51,010 nucleotides of DNA from a virus (IMGVR_UViG_3300028590_000025:1-51010), one strand, 5' to 3'. Shown: positions 8,662 to 18,600, counted from the stretch's first letter. Numbers and translations are program-made. Notes: a model not told the origin generated them from the sequence alone.

Positions 8662-8860
8662 CGCGCTTCTCCTTCTGCTCTGCTTCGATGATTGCTTTGC
8701 CTTCGGCGCGGCCCTTGCCGTAGCTCAGGGCAGCGAGAAAGGCCGCCGCCGCTGCCAAGGCACCCTGCCAGCCGAAGAACCGCCACACGACCACCACTGC
8801 GGTCACTGCCATGGCGAGCCAAGCCCACCACGGCACCAATGAAATGATCCAGTCGATCAT
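8567..8860 (-). CDS. Inner-membrane spanin (Rz-like)
   Basis: N-terminal TM segments then a coiled coil; follows the endolysin. Confidence 0.7.
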   Translation of the reverse strand: MIDWIISLVPWWAWLAMAVTAVVVVWRFFGWQGALAAAAAFLAALSYGKGRAEGKAIIEAEQKEKRDALQAEYDRIDAGPIDPGGAYNRLRDRSRGR

Positions 8861-9714
8861 GCTGCCACCGGATCAGGATCGAGGGCATCATCGAGCTTGG
8901 CCTTCTGCCGGTTGGCATACCAGCGATAGGCGAAGCCACTGATGGTCAGCACGGCGCCGAGGATGATGAGCCCGACCACAACCTTCTCGATCCAGCCGCC
9001 GGCCGAGGAATACGGCGTGAGCTGTTCCTGGGCTTGGTTGATGACGCCGCCGATGCCGCCGGCACCGATACCGCCGCCAGTCGCCGCATCGGCCACGCCC
9101 TTGCCGGGGGCCTTGCGGGCATCCTCGATGGTGCCCTTCTCGTTGCCACCGACGAACGTGGGCTCAGGACCGACCGAGCCAGTTGCCCATGCCTGCCCCG
9201 TTGCCTTGACCTGACCGATGCGGCGCGACCAGCCACGCCCGAAAGTCGGCCAGGTCTTGAGCGCCTTCAGGAAAGCTTCGCGCCGCTCGATGATGCGACC
9301 GATCAGGGCGTCCATGTCATTGACCGCAGCAACCGCCTGCAAGGTCAGAGCGCCCATCACGCCATCGACGTGCCCCGCGTAGAGCGAGCCCAACGCGCGC
9401 TGAAGCCACTTGATCGCCTGCTTCGGCCCGGAGTTCACGGCACCGTCGAAAACGACATAGCCGACGCCCTCGGGCATAGCGTCGCCCTGCACCGCGTCCC
9501 AGTACTGGAACCGGTAGATAGCAGCGACTTCCATGTCGTCGATTTGATAGACGTCGCGGTTGGGCAGGTTCTGCTTCGCACGCCAGGCGGTATAGACGCG
9601 CTGAGTGATGCCCTTATTGGTGCGGCCGCCCGGATCCTTGGGGTGATCGACCTTGCCACCCTCGTGAATGAGGATGTGCGGAAGCGCGCGGTCAAAGCCG
9701 CGTTCATTGGCCAT
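8857..9714 (-). CDS. Endolysin, GH108 plus peptidoglycan-binding domain, with a C-terminal TM helix
   Basis: HEGGKVDHPKDPGGRTNKGIT, VFDGAVNSG, LQRAL..DGVMG and FGRGW motifs. Confidence 0.92.
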   Translation of the reverse strand: MANERGFDRALPHILIHEGGKVDHPKDPGGRTNKGITQRVYTAWRAKQNLPNRDVYQIDDMEVAAIYRFQYWDAVQGDAMPEGVGYVVFDGAVNSGPKQAIKWLQRALGSLYAGHVDGVMGALTLQAVAAVNDMDALIGRIIERREAFLKALKTWPTFGRGWSRRIGQVKATGQAWATGSVGPEPTFVGGNEKGTIEDARKAPGKGVADAATGGGIGAGGIGGVINQAQEQLTPYSSAGGWIEKVVVGLIILGAVLTISGFAYRWYANRQKAKLDDALDPDPVAA

Positions 9715-9817
9715 ATCGGCCTCCTGTGATGTTGGAAAAGAAAAGGCCCCGCAGAAGCGATGCCGGTTGATCTATAGTGGGCAGGCTGATTGTTTTGGCG
9801 CAGGGGGAACGCACCGG

Positions 9818-10345
9818 ATGCTCGACTATAAAAAGAACTTCAGAGCGCAAGTCGCCCCGTCACAGCGTCAGCTAATCGCGATTGGGATGGTTGCGGTTCA
9901 ATGGTCTCAGTTCGAGGGTCTAATAACCCTCATCGGCCAGACACTGCTGGCCGACGATCAGGAGGGCCTATTGCGCTTCAACTCCGATAGGAGCGTTAAG
10001 GGCAGGATCGAGACCTGCGAAAAGCTTGCGGAGACCCATATCCGAGAACCGTTCCGGGCACAGTTTCTGTCGATCTTCCGAACCGGAAAGGACCTGCAAT
10101 TTCAGCGGGACCGGATAATCCATAATCAGTGGTCAGGGCCGGCAGGTGCGGAGGCGGTTGGCGTGTTCAACTGGGTGCCGCCACATCAACCGTTCGATTG
10201 GAAGTTGGATTTTGGAGGCATCATGGGCGTGGCTCACAAAATCGACGATCTGCAAATGCGCCTTTTCAGCCTGTTCATGGCGACATCACCCGAACCGGGC
10301 TCTTTCGTTTCATTCAGCCAGGCGATCATTGCGATGAAGAAGTGA
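9818..10345 (+). CDS. Putative HEPN-domain accessory protein
   Basis: Helical protein with R-x4-H (RDRIIH); antisense to the late genes and followed by its own terminator. Confidence 0.55.
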   Translation: MLDYKKNFRAQVAPSQRQLIAIGMVAVQWSQFEGLITLIGQTLLADDQEGLLRFNSDRSVKGRIETCEKLAETHIREPFRAQFLSIFRTGKDLQFQRDRIIHNQWSGPAGAEAVGVFNWVPPHQPFDWKLDFGGIMGVAHKIDDLQMRLFSLFMATSPEPGSFVSFSQAIIAMKK

Positions 10346-10389
10346 AAGCCGCCGCGTATCCCAATAGAGGAACGATGGGCGGCTTTTCT
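10345..10389. terminator. Bidirectional intrinsic terminator
   Basis: AAAGCCGCC...GGCGGCTTTT between converging genes. Confidence 0.7.
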
Positions 10390-10390
10390 C

Positions 10391-11713
10391 TCAGTAGCCG
10401 TGAATCTCGATCTCGCCGATGGAGACGTTCACCGACCCTTCGACATTGCTATCGATGACTAGCCGGAATGCAGTGCAAGGTGCCGAAGCGCCCGCCAGGA
10501 TGAACTTCTTGGCCACACCGTCTTGGTAGGTCTGGCCGCTTCGAGCATCGAGCGTGACCCAAGCGGCGCCGTCAAATCCTTGGAGCACGCAATTCTTCGG
10601 GCCCTGTGCCGGGAAACCAGCGCGGCACTTAATGGAGTAACTCACCACCGACTTGGGCGTCTCAAAGTCGACCCTCCACCAGCAAGGGAAAGTATCTACG
10701 TTAGGTGAATGCCAGAAGGTTGAGGGTGCCCGATCAGCCGCCTTCCAAGGGTGGAATGCCGTCGTAGCAAGCATGCCGCTCGCCGATATCGTGACCCCGG
10801 ACACCGTGTCGCCTGTCATCGCTGGAAGCAGGTTTCCGATCGTGAATGCGGGGAAGAACTGCTCGAAAAACTGCTTCATGGTGCCGGGATAGACGGCACT
10901 AGTGCATTCCAGCCATGACTCTTGATTGCCGCGGCCATAGATGAGGAAAGTTTCTCCGCCGAACTCGCAGATGGTAGCGTCGGAATTGTTATTCCCTTCG
11001 CCCACTGAAGGGAAAAGCGCCGCCGTCTGGCCGTCCGCGCCGAAACCGACCGACCATGTGACGCCGTGGTCGATTGAGCGCGCCGCGACGGTGGTATGGT
11101 TGCCCTCTAGCAGTGCCATGTAGAGCATATAGAGGGTGTCACCGACATAGCGGACGACAGGGCAGTTCACATAGCTGTCATTCTTGAAGACGGGCGGCAG
11201 CATCGTCCATTCGGCAGGGTTCGTGGCCCCAAGAAGATGAACCACGAAATGGTTTGCCGGGTAGGATGGGTCAGTTGTCTCAACCATCATCCGATACTTG
11301 CCGCTCATCGTGTGCTTGGCAACGGACGTATTGTAAAAGCCCATCCCTGCCGTCGCGGTAAAAACCACAACTGGCGCCGTCCAGTTCACAAGATCGGTAC
11401 TGCGCATCATCGAAATGCGGCTGTGGTCTTCGCTGGACCCGTAGACGAAAACAATTCCGTCCTCGACGTGCACGCAGGGATATTTCATGTCGGGCGCATC
11501 TATGATGGCAAGCGGACGGTAAAGACCGCCATCAATGCGGAACTTGCCTGAATAGTTGCCGCTGGGCGCGATAGCGGTAAGTGTCCAAGGGCGCCCCTTG
11601 AACTCGAATAACTCAACCTCGACCGGACCAACAGGCGCGGTGCTCTCCGATGTCCTGAAGGTCAGGTAAGGCTGGTCAGACTTTTTGAGCAACGCGGGCG
11701 AATGGAGCGTCAT
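10391..11713 (-). CDS. Beta-propeller glycoside hydrolase/sialidase-like protein with a C-terminal F5/8 (discoidin) domain
   Basis: Asp-box-like STDLVNW and SIDHGVTW; TFWHS..WWRVDF..EIEIHG discoidin pattern. Confidence 0.75.
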   Translation of the reverse strand: MTLHSPALLKKSDQPYLTFRTSESTAPVGPVEVELFEFKGRPWTLTAIAPSGNYSGKFRIDGGLYRPLAIIDAPDMKYPCVHVEDGIVFVYGSSEDHSRISMMRSTDLVNWTAPVVVFTATAGMGFYNTSVAKHTMSGKYRMMVETTDPSYPANHFVVHLLGATNPAEWTMLPPVFKNDSYVNCPVVRYVGDTLYMLYMALLEGNHTTVAARSIDHGVTWSVGFGADGQTAALFPSVGEGNNNSDATICEFGGETFLIYGRGNQESWLECTSAVYPGTMKQFFEQFFPAFTIGNLLPAMTGDTVSGVTISASGMLATTAFHPWKAADRAPSTFWHSPNVDTFPCWWRVDFETPKSVVSYSIKCRAGFPAQGPKNCVLQGFDGAAWVTLDARSGQTYQDGVAKKFILAGASAPCTAFRLVIDSNVEGSVNVSIGEIEIHGY

Positions 11714-11790
11714 AATCTGTGTGCCTCGTGGATTGCATGGAAAGTGATCTCATCTGGCGGCCAGTGAGAATTCGATGTATCGGATCGGGG

Positions 11791-12876
11791 ATGGGTATTC
11801 TTCGGCTGTTTCTGGCGATTACGGTGGTAATAGCGCACGTGGGGCAGATGCCGTACGTGAACGCGCTCATTGGCGGACCGCAGGCCGTTCAGGTGTTTTT
11901 CATGATCTCGGGCTTCTACATGGCCCTTGTGCTGAACGAGAAATACGACCGCGCCGGCCCATTCTATTGGGCGCGCATCAGCAAGCTCTATTCGTTCTAC
12001 TTCGTGGCTCTCGCCGTCGCCATTTTCGTGGCAGGCGCCACGGGTACGAACCATTTTACGGCCATACTCACGGGGGATTGGGACCTTCCAAGCAAGACAT
12101 TGGCGGTGATGTCGAACCTATTCATCGTTGGCTCCGATTGGATACTTTTCGCCTACCCATCACCGGACGGCCTGGCATTTACTTCCAGCTTTACAACGCA
12201 GGCTCCGCGTTTTGACGAAGTGGTCTATCTGATCCCCGCGTGGTCGTTGCCTCTCGAGATGGCCTTTTATCTCATCGCCCCATTCGTGGTGCGTCGCCCC
12301 GGTGCGCTTCTCGGGCTGGCAGCGTTATCGGTGATATCTCGATATTTCACATACCAATTCTTCGGCGCTGGCGATCCGTGGAGCTATCGCTTCTTTCCTA
12401 GCGAGCTGATCTTCTTCATCATCGGCGTCGGGGGGTACTATACCTACCGCCAAGTACGATGCTGGCGATTGACACCCGCCTTGGGGTGGGCAGGTCTAAT
12501 TTGGCTAATCGCTTTGATGGTCTGGATCGGCCGGTACGCACCCATCTCCCAGGCCGTACCATTCAGCAAATATGGACTGATCTTCTATTTGTCGGCCGCA
12601 TGTGCGCTCCCCTTCATTTTTGCCGCGACCAAGGATGTGAAATTCGATCGCGCGGTCGGGGAATTTTCTTACCCAATCTACCTCGTTCACATCGTGGTTG
12701 TATTGGCGTTCCTAGAGCCAGGCGCACCTCAGTTGAACGGTCCGACGATTGTCGCGATTAGCGTGTTGGCCGGCATGGCGATTACGCCAATTGGCCAAGC
12801 GCTGCACAGAACGATGCTTAAGACGCCCGCGATATTCGTCCGGCGGCGCTCAGGTATCGTTGGCGCCGCCGAATAA
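11791..12876 (+). CDS. Acyltransferase-3 (OafA-like surface-polysaccharide O-acyltransferase)
   Basis: LRLFLAITVVIAH, VQVFFMISGF, AWSLPLEMAFY and GEFSYPIYLVH motifs; multi-TM. Confidence 0.92.
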   Translation: MGILRLFLAITVVIAHVGQMPYVNALIGGPQAVQVFFMISGFYMALVLNEKYDRAGPFYWARISKLYSFYFVALAVAIFVAGATGTNHFTAILTGDWDLPSKTLAVMSNLFIVGSDWILFAYPSPDGLAFTSSFTTQAPRFDEVVYLIPAWSLPLEMAFYLIAPFVVRRPGALLGLAALSVISRYFTYQFFGAGDPWSYRFFPSELIFFIIGVGGYYTYRQVRCWRLTPALGWAGLIWLIALMVWIGRYAPISQAVPFSKYGLIFYLSAACALPFIFAATKDVKFDRAVGEFSYPIYLVHIVVVLAFLEPGAPQLNGPTIVAISVLAGMAITPIGQALHRTMLKTPAIFVRRRSGIVGAAE

Positions 12877-12885
12877 AGTCGGTCG

Positions 12886-13494
12886 TCAAGCCCAAGCGCG
12901 AACAATCAGTCTCCAACGGCTGGCCGTGATCGCCGCAGCTTGCGCGTTGTCGAGGCGTATGACGATAAAAACGCCAGCGTCCACGCCGTATAGAACACTA
13001 ACATTAGTGGCGTCACGTCTCACTGACATCCCATAAGCGTCGAGGACGGAACTCGAGTTCTGTCCAATGTTAACGCCTACGACATCTCCTACCGAGTAGC
13101 CCAGCTCAGCGGTCTTGCAGACAATCTCCGCGGTGATCAGCTTCGGAGCGACACCGAGACCATGAGCCAGTGTCACAGGCGAGCCCGCGGTGATGGTTTG
13201 TTCGCCGCTGGTGTACTCCTTTGTGAACGGCAGGGTAACCCACTCCGGCGCAGTCAGCGCTGCATTCTGTCGGAGCATTTGCCCAGCCGTGCCCTTTGCG
13301 AGCCTGACTATCTCTTTGCTCGCATTTACGTAGAGCAGATCGCCTTCCGCTAGTGCAGCAATGACACCACTCGCCCACCCTCGGATCTGATCGACGGTGA
13401 ATTTACGGCTGTTGCCGGCTTGCACGCCATGGAGCAGTTCGCTACCAGCCGGGGCCGTGCCGGCGGTCAGCTCGCCGATTGTCTTGTTGGCCAT
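12886..13494 (-). CDS. Tail fibre / receptor-binding protein
   Basis: N-terminal KTIGELTA anchor-like segment and AHGLGVAP C-terminal domain; end of the tail cluster. Confidence 0.7.
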   Translation of the reverse strand: MANKTIGELTAGTAPAGSELLHGVQAGNSRKFTVDQIRGWASGVIAALAEGDLLYVNASKEIVRLAKGTAGQMLRQNAALTAPEWVTLPFTKEYTSGEQTITAGSPVTLAHGLGVAPKLITAEIVCKTAELGYSVGDVVGVNIGQNSSSVLDAYGMSVRRDATNVSVLYGVDAGVFIVIRLDNAQAAAITASRWRLIVRAWA

Positions 13495-13514
13495 CGAGGC
13501 ATCCTTTCAGGCAT

Positions 13515-13544
13515 GAAAAAACCGCCTCCGATGACTCGGGGCGG
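13515..13544 (-). terminator. Intrinsic terminator
   Basis: GC hairpin followed by a T-tract on the minus strand. Confidence 0.7.
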
Positions 13545-13571
13545 GCGTAAGAGCTTCAGCGTTAGGCGAGA

Positions 13572-13997
13572 TCAGGTGAGCGTGAAGACGCCGTTGGTGC
13601 CATCGAAGTCGATGGTCAAGCTTTCACCGCTGGCCAAGGTCAGGGCGGAGCCGTAGTCGTACCAACCGATCAGCGCATCTGCCGGCGAAGTCGCGCTGTC
13701 GTTGTAGATGACCAGGTAACGGAAGGGGCCGACAGAGCCGCCCGTGGCGGTGATGGTCTCGTCGGCGATAGTCACCTTCGCCGTGCCGCCGCTTTCGGTC
13801 AACGTGACGCTGTCGAGGGCGTAGCCTCCAGCCGTGTAGCCGCCCGTCGCGGAGATCTGGGTAATGTTGGCGAGGATGGTGTTTGTGTTCACCGGCGCCG
13901 TATTGGACAGCGCCACCTTGAAGGTGTGGCTGGAGAAGTTGTGGACGCCCTTGAGCACCTGCTCAACGAAGTCCTGGAATTTATTGAAGGTTGCCAT
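13572..13997 (-). CDS. Virion structural protein (tail-associated)
   Basis: HTFKVAL, GYTAGG and LIGWYDYG motifs; Thr/Ser-rich. Confidence 0.7.
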   Translation of the reverse strand: MATFNKFQDFVEQVLKGVHNFSSHTFKVALSNTAPVNTNTILANITQISATGGYTAGGYALDSVTLTESGGTAKVTIADETITATGGSVGPFRYLVIYNDSATSPADALIGWYDYGSALTLASGESLTIDFDGTNGVFTLT

Positions 13998-14009
13998 CGG
14001 GCACTCCGT

Positions 14010-14795
14010 TTACTGGCTGAAGAGAAGGAAGTCGGTTCCGGACTGGGCATCACCAGACAGGAGGGAAAGGTCGCTACCGCTCGATGCATCGCCCGAGAGC
14101 GCTTCGATATTGTCGAGGCTCAGAAGGGCGGCGTTGAAGGTTGCCGTGTAGGTCGCGGCATCGGCCGAGAGGACAAGCGACCGTGTGAGGGTGGCATCCG
14201 TGCCAGACCAGGCGAAGGACGCTACCGCGGCCGCCATGGGCAACTGCCGCAGCAATGCGGCGTCGGGGGCCGTCATCGCGTACGTTGCAGCGTCGGCCGT
14301 GATGATCTTGCCGGTCGTGAAATTCGCGGCGTTTCCAGTGAAAGCATAGCTTGCCGTGTCGGCCGCCATGAGGAGGCTGCGAATGAGTCCGACATCGTTC
14401 GGCGTGACGACGAGTGCGTCCTCATCCACCCGAATGAAGAGGCTGCGGCGAAGGTCCGCATCGTTGACCACCAGTTCGTACGACCAGGACGGGAAACCGG
14501 AGATATTGCTGTATTGCAAAGCAACGTCGCTGCCGAAGAACCTCATTAGAACCGGGTTGCTGAGAACCAGCAGATCGTTGCCGGACCCCGACATGTCGAG
14601 CAGGTCGGTCCCGGACTGCATGTCGCCGTCGAGCAGCAGAAATTCCTCGCCCACGACAGGGTTCTCGGCATGCATGATCAGGCTGCGCCGCAGATCGATG
14701 TCCGAGAAATCGAACTCATAACCCTGACCTAAGGCAAGCAGCCGCCTCGTCGGGGCGCCATAGTCCCGGATGTAGATCCTCGGATTGTAGTTCAT
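14010..14795 (-). CDS. Repeat-containing tail protein
   Basis: About 26-aa ADAATY/ADTASY repeats and LxGDxQSGxDxL repeats. Confidence 0.65.
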   Translation of the reverse strand: MNYNPRIYIRDYGAPTRRLLALGQGYEFDFSDIDLRRSLIMHAENPVVGEEFLLLDGDMQSGTDLLDMSGSGNDLLVLSNPVLMRFFGSDVALQYSNISGFPSWSYELVVNDADLRRSLFIRVDEDALVVTPNDVGLIRSLLMAADTASYAFTGNAANFTTGKIITADAATYAMTAPDAALLRQLPMAAAVASFAWSGTDATLTRSLVLSADAATYTATFNAALLSLDNIEALSGDASSGSDLSLLSGDAQSGTDFLLFSQ

Positions 14796-14804
14796 TCGCC
14801 GCCC

Positions 14805-15605
14805 CTAAGCGTTCTGGCTGATTTCAGAGAGCCAGATGACGTTCGACCCCTTAGGGTAAGTCGCCGCGAGCGTGCTCGACACCCGGATTTCATAAGTGTG
14901 CGAGTCGATGTTCCCCGGCAGATGCGAGAAATAGAACGGCGTGTTGACCTGCGAGTTTGGCTGGCAATGGTCGGTGAAGCTCTGCGTCAGGACGCTGTCG
15001 ACGTAGAGCCCTATGACGACGCCATCGTCGTCGGCCGAGCCAGCGCCAATGACACGACCGATTGAACCTTCGATGATCACGCGGCTGTCGGGGTAGATGC
15101 ACTGAAACGACTGCGACACGATCGCCGTGACGGCAGTTGCAGGCCCGGCCGCCGCAGCCAAGCGGGTCGGCGTTGACCTCTGCACCATGATGCCGCCCTG
15201 CACGGTCACGTTCGTCGTGCCGCCCGAGGTGACCAGCCGGAAGGAATCATCACTGGCCACGAAGACGATTTCAGTGATACGGCCCGCCACGATGGCGCCG
15301 GACGCCAGAACCGCGCCATCAGGATCACGGATGGCCTTGGCGCCGACGCCCGAGATGTTGATCGTCGCCGTGCCCGTATTGGTCGCTGCGGCCTCGAAGA
15401 TGCAGCGCAAGCCATCCGAATAGGCAGAAAAGCCATCAGGGACGGCGACAGCCGCCAGTATCGTGTTCACGCCAGTGACGGACAGCAACATGCCGCCATT
15501 GAGCGCCCAGAGCGCCGCAAGGCTGTCGCGCGTGCCGGTGGTCCAGTCAGCGCCGGATTTGCCGCCCGGATTAGTGGAAATGTCGCCAATATCGCGCGAG
15601 ACCAT
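14805..15605 (-). CDS. Tail / baseplate-associated protein
   Basis: AAATNTGTATINISGVGAKAI tail-protein motif. Confidence 0.7.
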   Translation of the reverse strand: MVSRDIGDISTNPGGKSGADWTTGTRDSLAALWALNGGMLLSVTGVNTILAAVAVPDGFSAYSDGLRCIFEAAATNTGTATINISGVGAKAIRDPDGAVLASGAIVAGRITEIVFVASDDSFRLVTSGGTTNVTVQGGIMVQRSTPTRLAAAAGPATAVTAIVSQSFQCIYPDSRVIIEGSIGRVIGAGSADDDGVVIGLYVDSVLTQSFTDHCQPNSQVNTPFYFSHLPGNIDSHTYEIRVSSTLAATYPKGSNVIWLSEISQNA

Positions 15606-18217
15606 CAGGCAAACCTCTCTTGCAGTGTTGCGTAGATTTCTGGGGCTTCATCAACGAGGACCAGGCGAGCCCGCTCCTCCGCCATGCGCGTCACGTCCGA
15701 AACGATGCACCGATGGGTGAAGCGGCTGAGCGGCCCCAGCACGAAGTGAGCGCCTTCGAGTTCCTCGGACGAGAACGGCTGATCGACGCGGATCATCCAG
15801 CCCTCCGCCTGCGGCTCCGCCGCGACAATCGTCCGCATTTCGGTCCCGTTGGGCGTCGTCACGATGACGACGGACTGCTCACCAACCAGGAACAGGTTTG
15901 CCGGGTCGAATATGTTGTCGACGTCGAACACGCTCTCGGTGCTCTCGGTCGGCACTTCCTGGTCGTAGGAAAACGTGGTGCTGTCAAAGACCTTGCGAAT
16001 GCGGGCGCCCGTATGCGCGTCGTCGAGCAAGTCGGTGACGATGCTCACCAGGTCGCCGCGGTCACAGACGAGCCCTTCAATCGATGCCTCGACGATCCAC
16101 GCCCGCCGCCCTTGATAGTGGGCTTGCAGCATGTCGAAGAGCGCACGCCGCTGGATCAGGACGGGCTTGGTGATGCTGTCATAGGCCCGCACCTCATAGC
16201 CCGTGAAGTTGGTGTAGAACGGGTTGTTGACCTGAAGTTCGTCGTCGACATAGTCGCGCAGCTCGTTCTGGAATGTGCCCCTGATACCGATGGCCCGCTC
16301 GCCCATGACCCACTCGACCGAGATCGAAGCGTTGCGGGGCGAGAAGATCATGACCGGCAGATCAGAGGACCTGTCGCGGAACCAGTCGATGCCAAAGCCA
16401 TCTGAGAAGCGCGAGCGGGCGAATCCAGCCGTCGCGATCGCATCGAGAACCTCGCGTACAGACGAACCGGCAAAGACCCCGGACACCTCATAGCCACGCG
16501 CTGCGCATTCGGCTCGCCAGGCGACGAACTGCTCGTCAACGATCAGGTCGGTGCTGATGCCGTGATAGACGAGATAGTCGAACAGCACCTGGCGATAATG
16601 GGCCGCCGGGTTCTTGGTCGTGGTCAACGTGTTCCAGCCTGAGCCGTCCCAGTCGTGCACGTAGCGCGAAGCCTCGATCGTCACGTTGCGCACCGACTGA
16701 CCTTTGACCCGCAGCGCCATGAGCGCAGTGTTCGGACGCTGGCAGGGCTGGCGGTTGACGATCGTAGTAGCCATCGAAACCGACACGCGCCCAACGAACG
16801 GCCCCTGATCGATGGGGACCGACCATTTGGCACTGAAGAAGCCGCAGAACAGCGGATAGACAGCTCCGTCAATCGTGTAGTCCGAAGTCGATAGGCGGGC
16901 CTGGGCAAGCGCCGCGCCGCGCACGATCTCCCACTCGTATTCCTGCTTGGCGAAAACAGCCGGGTCGAGCGTCACACGGACACTGTAGCGCCGGCCCTGG
17001 ATATTGGCGGCATCGCGCAAGCCTGCGCCGGCAACGAACCACGAATGAGCATTCCACTGGTCGCCCGACACGCCCGTCGAAATATGCATGCTGGCAGGCG
17101 GAACGCGCTGGAAGAACTCGACCTGAATGGCCCCGCCGGCGCCGTCTTCGCCAAAAGCATTGTCCCAGCGAAGTCGGATTTCCTTGAGGGATGTCGAGAC
17201 GTCACGGCCAACGAAATGGATCTCGGGCAAGTTGAACCACGAGCCCTCGCTACCCTTCGGCCGGAAGCGCAGGCGGATCGGCAGCCGTACTGGCGTTCCA
17301 GCCTCGTCCGACCGGATGAAGCTGTCGAGCTGGAGGCGGATATTGATCTCCTCCATCTGCTCGTCATAGGCGGTCGTGAACCGTACGGCCTGCGGCTCCG
17401 AGTTGGCCGGCACCTCCTGGTCAACCAGTTCGGTACCCTCCAGCGTGAAAGTCGAAAGGGTTTCGCCGACGCTGGTCGCCTTGGTCACTTTCGTCACAAA
17501 GGTCGTGACCGGGCTCGCCTCCTGCCCGTCCCTGATCTGCGTCGTGATACTGGCGAAGTCACCGACCGGTGCGCCATCGACCTGAACCGCGTCGATGAGG
17601 TGATGGCCATCGAGGGCGAAGATGCGCTGGATCGTCTGAATGCCCTGGTCGAGCAGGTAGTGAGGATTGGCGATTTCGGGCGGGGCTATGCGGCGCGTAC
17701 CCACGACGAGCGGCAGATACGATTCCTTGGCCAACAAGTTGCTGCCGCTTTGCACATCGGCAAACTGGCGGGCGCGCTCGGCCGGCACCGAAGTGAGAGC
17801 GGGCGCAGCTGCCTGTTGCGCGGGGAACAGCGCATTGAGGGCAAGCTGCGCGCCGATGCCCAGTGCGCCGGCAACGAGATAGGCCAGCGGCGCGCCGATG
17901 AATGGCGTCAGGAACGGCGCAGCAACAGCAACCAGCACGGCGGCGGCGACCGCGAACAGGTCGCGCACGAAATCATGCGGGCGATAGCCGAAGAGCAAGG
18001 CATCATCGACGCGGGGTCTGACATGGCGCCACATATCGCGCGGCAGTTCGATCCACTCGACATCAGCACCTTTCGGAGCACGGACCCACGAGCGGAGGCC
18101 AACGTCGGAGGCATGGGTCTGGGCCGCGATTTCCTCGACGGTGAGGCCATAGGCCACCGTCAGCGTCTGGGGCGGAAGCCCGACGCCGTGCGCCTTGTGC
18201 AGGGTCTGAATGGTCAT
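15605..18217 (-). CDS. Tail tip / host-specificity protein (TipJ-like)
   Basis: 870 aa following NlpC/P60; TKNPAAHY motif. Confidence 0.8.
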   Translation of the reverse strand: MTIQTLHKAHGVGLPPQTLTVAYGLTVEEIAAQTHASDVGLRSWVRAPKGADVEWIELPRDMWRHVRPRVDDALLFGYRPHDFVRDLFAVAAAVLVAVAAPFLTPFIGAPLAYLVAGALGIGAQLALNALFPAQQAAAPALTSVPAERARQFADVQSGSNLLAKESYLPLVVGTRRIAPPEIANPHYLLDQGIQTIQRIFALDGHHLIDAVQVDGAPVGDFASITTQIRDGQEASPVTTFVTKVTKATSVGETLSTFTLEGTELVDQEVPANSEPQAVRFTTAYDEQMEEINIRLQLDSFIRSDEAGTPVRLPIRLRFRPKGSEGSWFNLPEIHFVGRDVSTSLKEIRLRWDNAFGEDGAGGAIQVEFFQRVPPASMHISTGVSGDQWNAHSWFVAGAGLRDAANIQGRRYSVRVTLDPAVFAKQEYEWEIVRGAALAQARLSTSDYTIDGAVYPLFCGFFSAKWSVPIDQGPFVGRVSVSMATTIVNRQPCQRPNTALMALRVKGQSVRNVTIEASRYVHDWDGSGWNTLTTTKNPAAHYRQVLFDYLVYHGISTDLIVDEQFVAWRAECAARGYEVSGVFAGSSVREVLDAIATAGFARSRFSDGFGIDWFRDRSSDLPVMIFSPRNASISVEWVMGERAIGIRGTFQNELRDYVDDELQVNNPFYTNFTGYEVRAYDSITKPVLIQRRALFDMLQAHYQGRRAWIVEASIEGLVCDRGDLVSIVTDLLDDAHTGARIRKVFDSTTFSYDQEVPTESTESVFDVDNIFDPANLFLVGEQSVVIVTTPNGTEMRTIVAAEPQAEGWMIRVDQPFSSEELEGAHFVLGPLSRFTHRCIVSDVTRMAEERARLVLVDEAPEIYATLQERFA

Positions 18218-18600
18218 GACTTGCGAAGAAATCCAGTGATGGAGGCCCGGATCATCCGGTCGGAAAGAAGCTGATAGACACAGCCGTGAGACTTGGCGGA
18301 GTGCAGCACCCGGCCATTGTAGAAAACGCCGACATGCCCAGCTGAAAGGCGGCCGGCGCGCATCAGGACGAGGCAATGATCTTCCGGCGTCGGGATGGAC
18401 TGCCACCCCTGCCCTTCACTCGCCCAGGCCTGCACGCTGTCGCCGCCCGGCGGTCGGTCGGCGCGGTCAGCGAGTTCGATGCCGAGAACATGGCGGTACC
18501 AGAGTTCCACCACGCCCCAGCAGTCAGCACCGGGCCAAGCGCCCTCACCCGGAGCATGGGGCACTGCCAGAAGTCTGGGGATGACATCAGATGGCTGCAT
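18214..18600 (-). CDS. NlpC/P60 tail-associated peptidase
   Basis: GADCWGVV, HVGVF and VLHS motifs. Confidence 0.88.
   Translation of the reverse strand: MQPSDVIPRLLAVPHAPGEGAWPGADCWGVVELWYRHVLGIELADRADRPPGGDSVQAWASEGQGWQSIPTPEDHCLVLMRAGRLSAGHVGVFYNGRVLHSAKSHGCVYQLLSDRMIRASITGFLRKS

Noticed and set aside
12886-18217. Diversity-generating retroelement or invertible tail-fibre switch
   Set aside because: No reverse transcriptase, invertase or TR/VR repeat pair seen.
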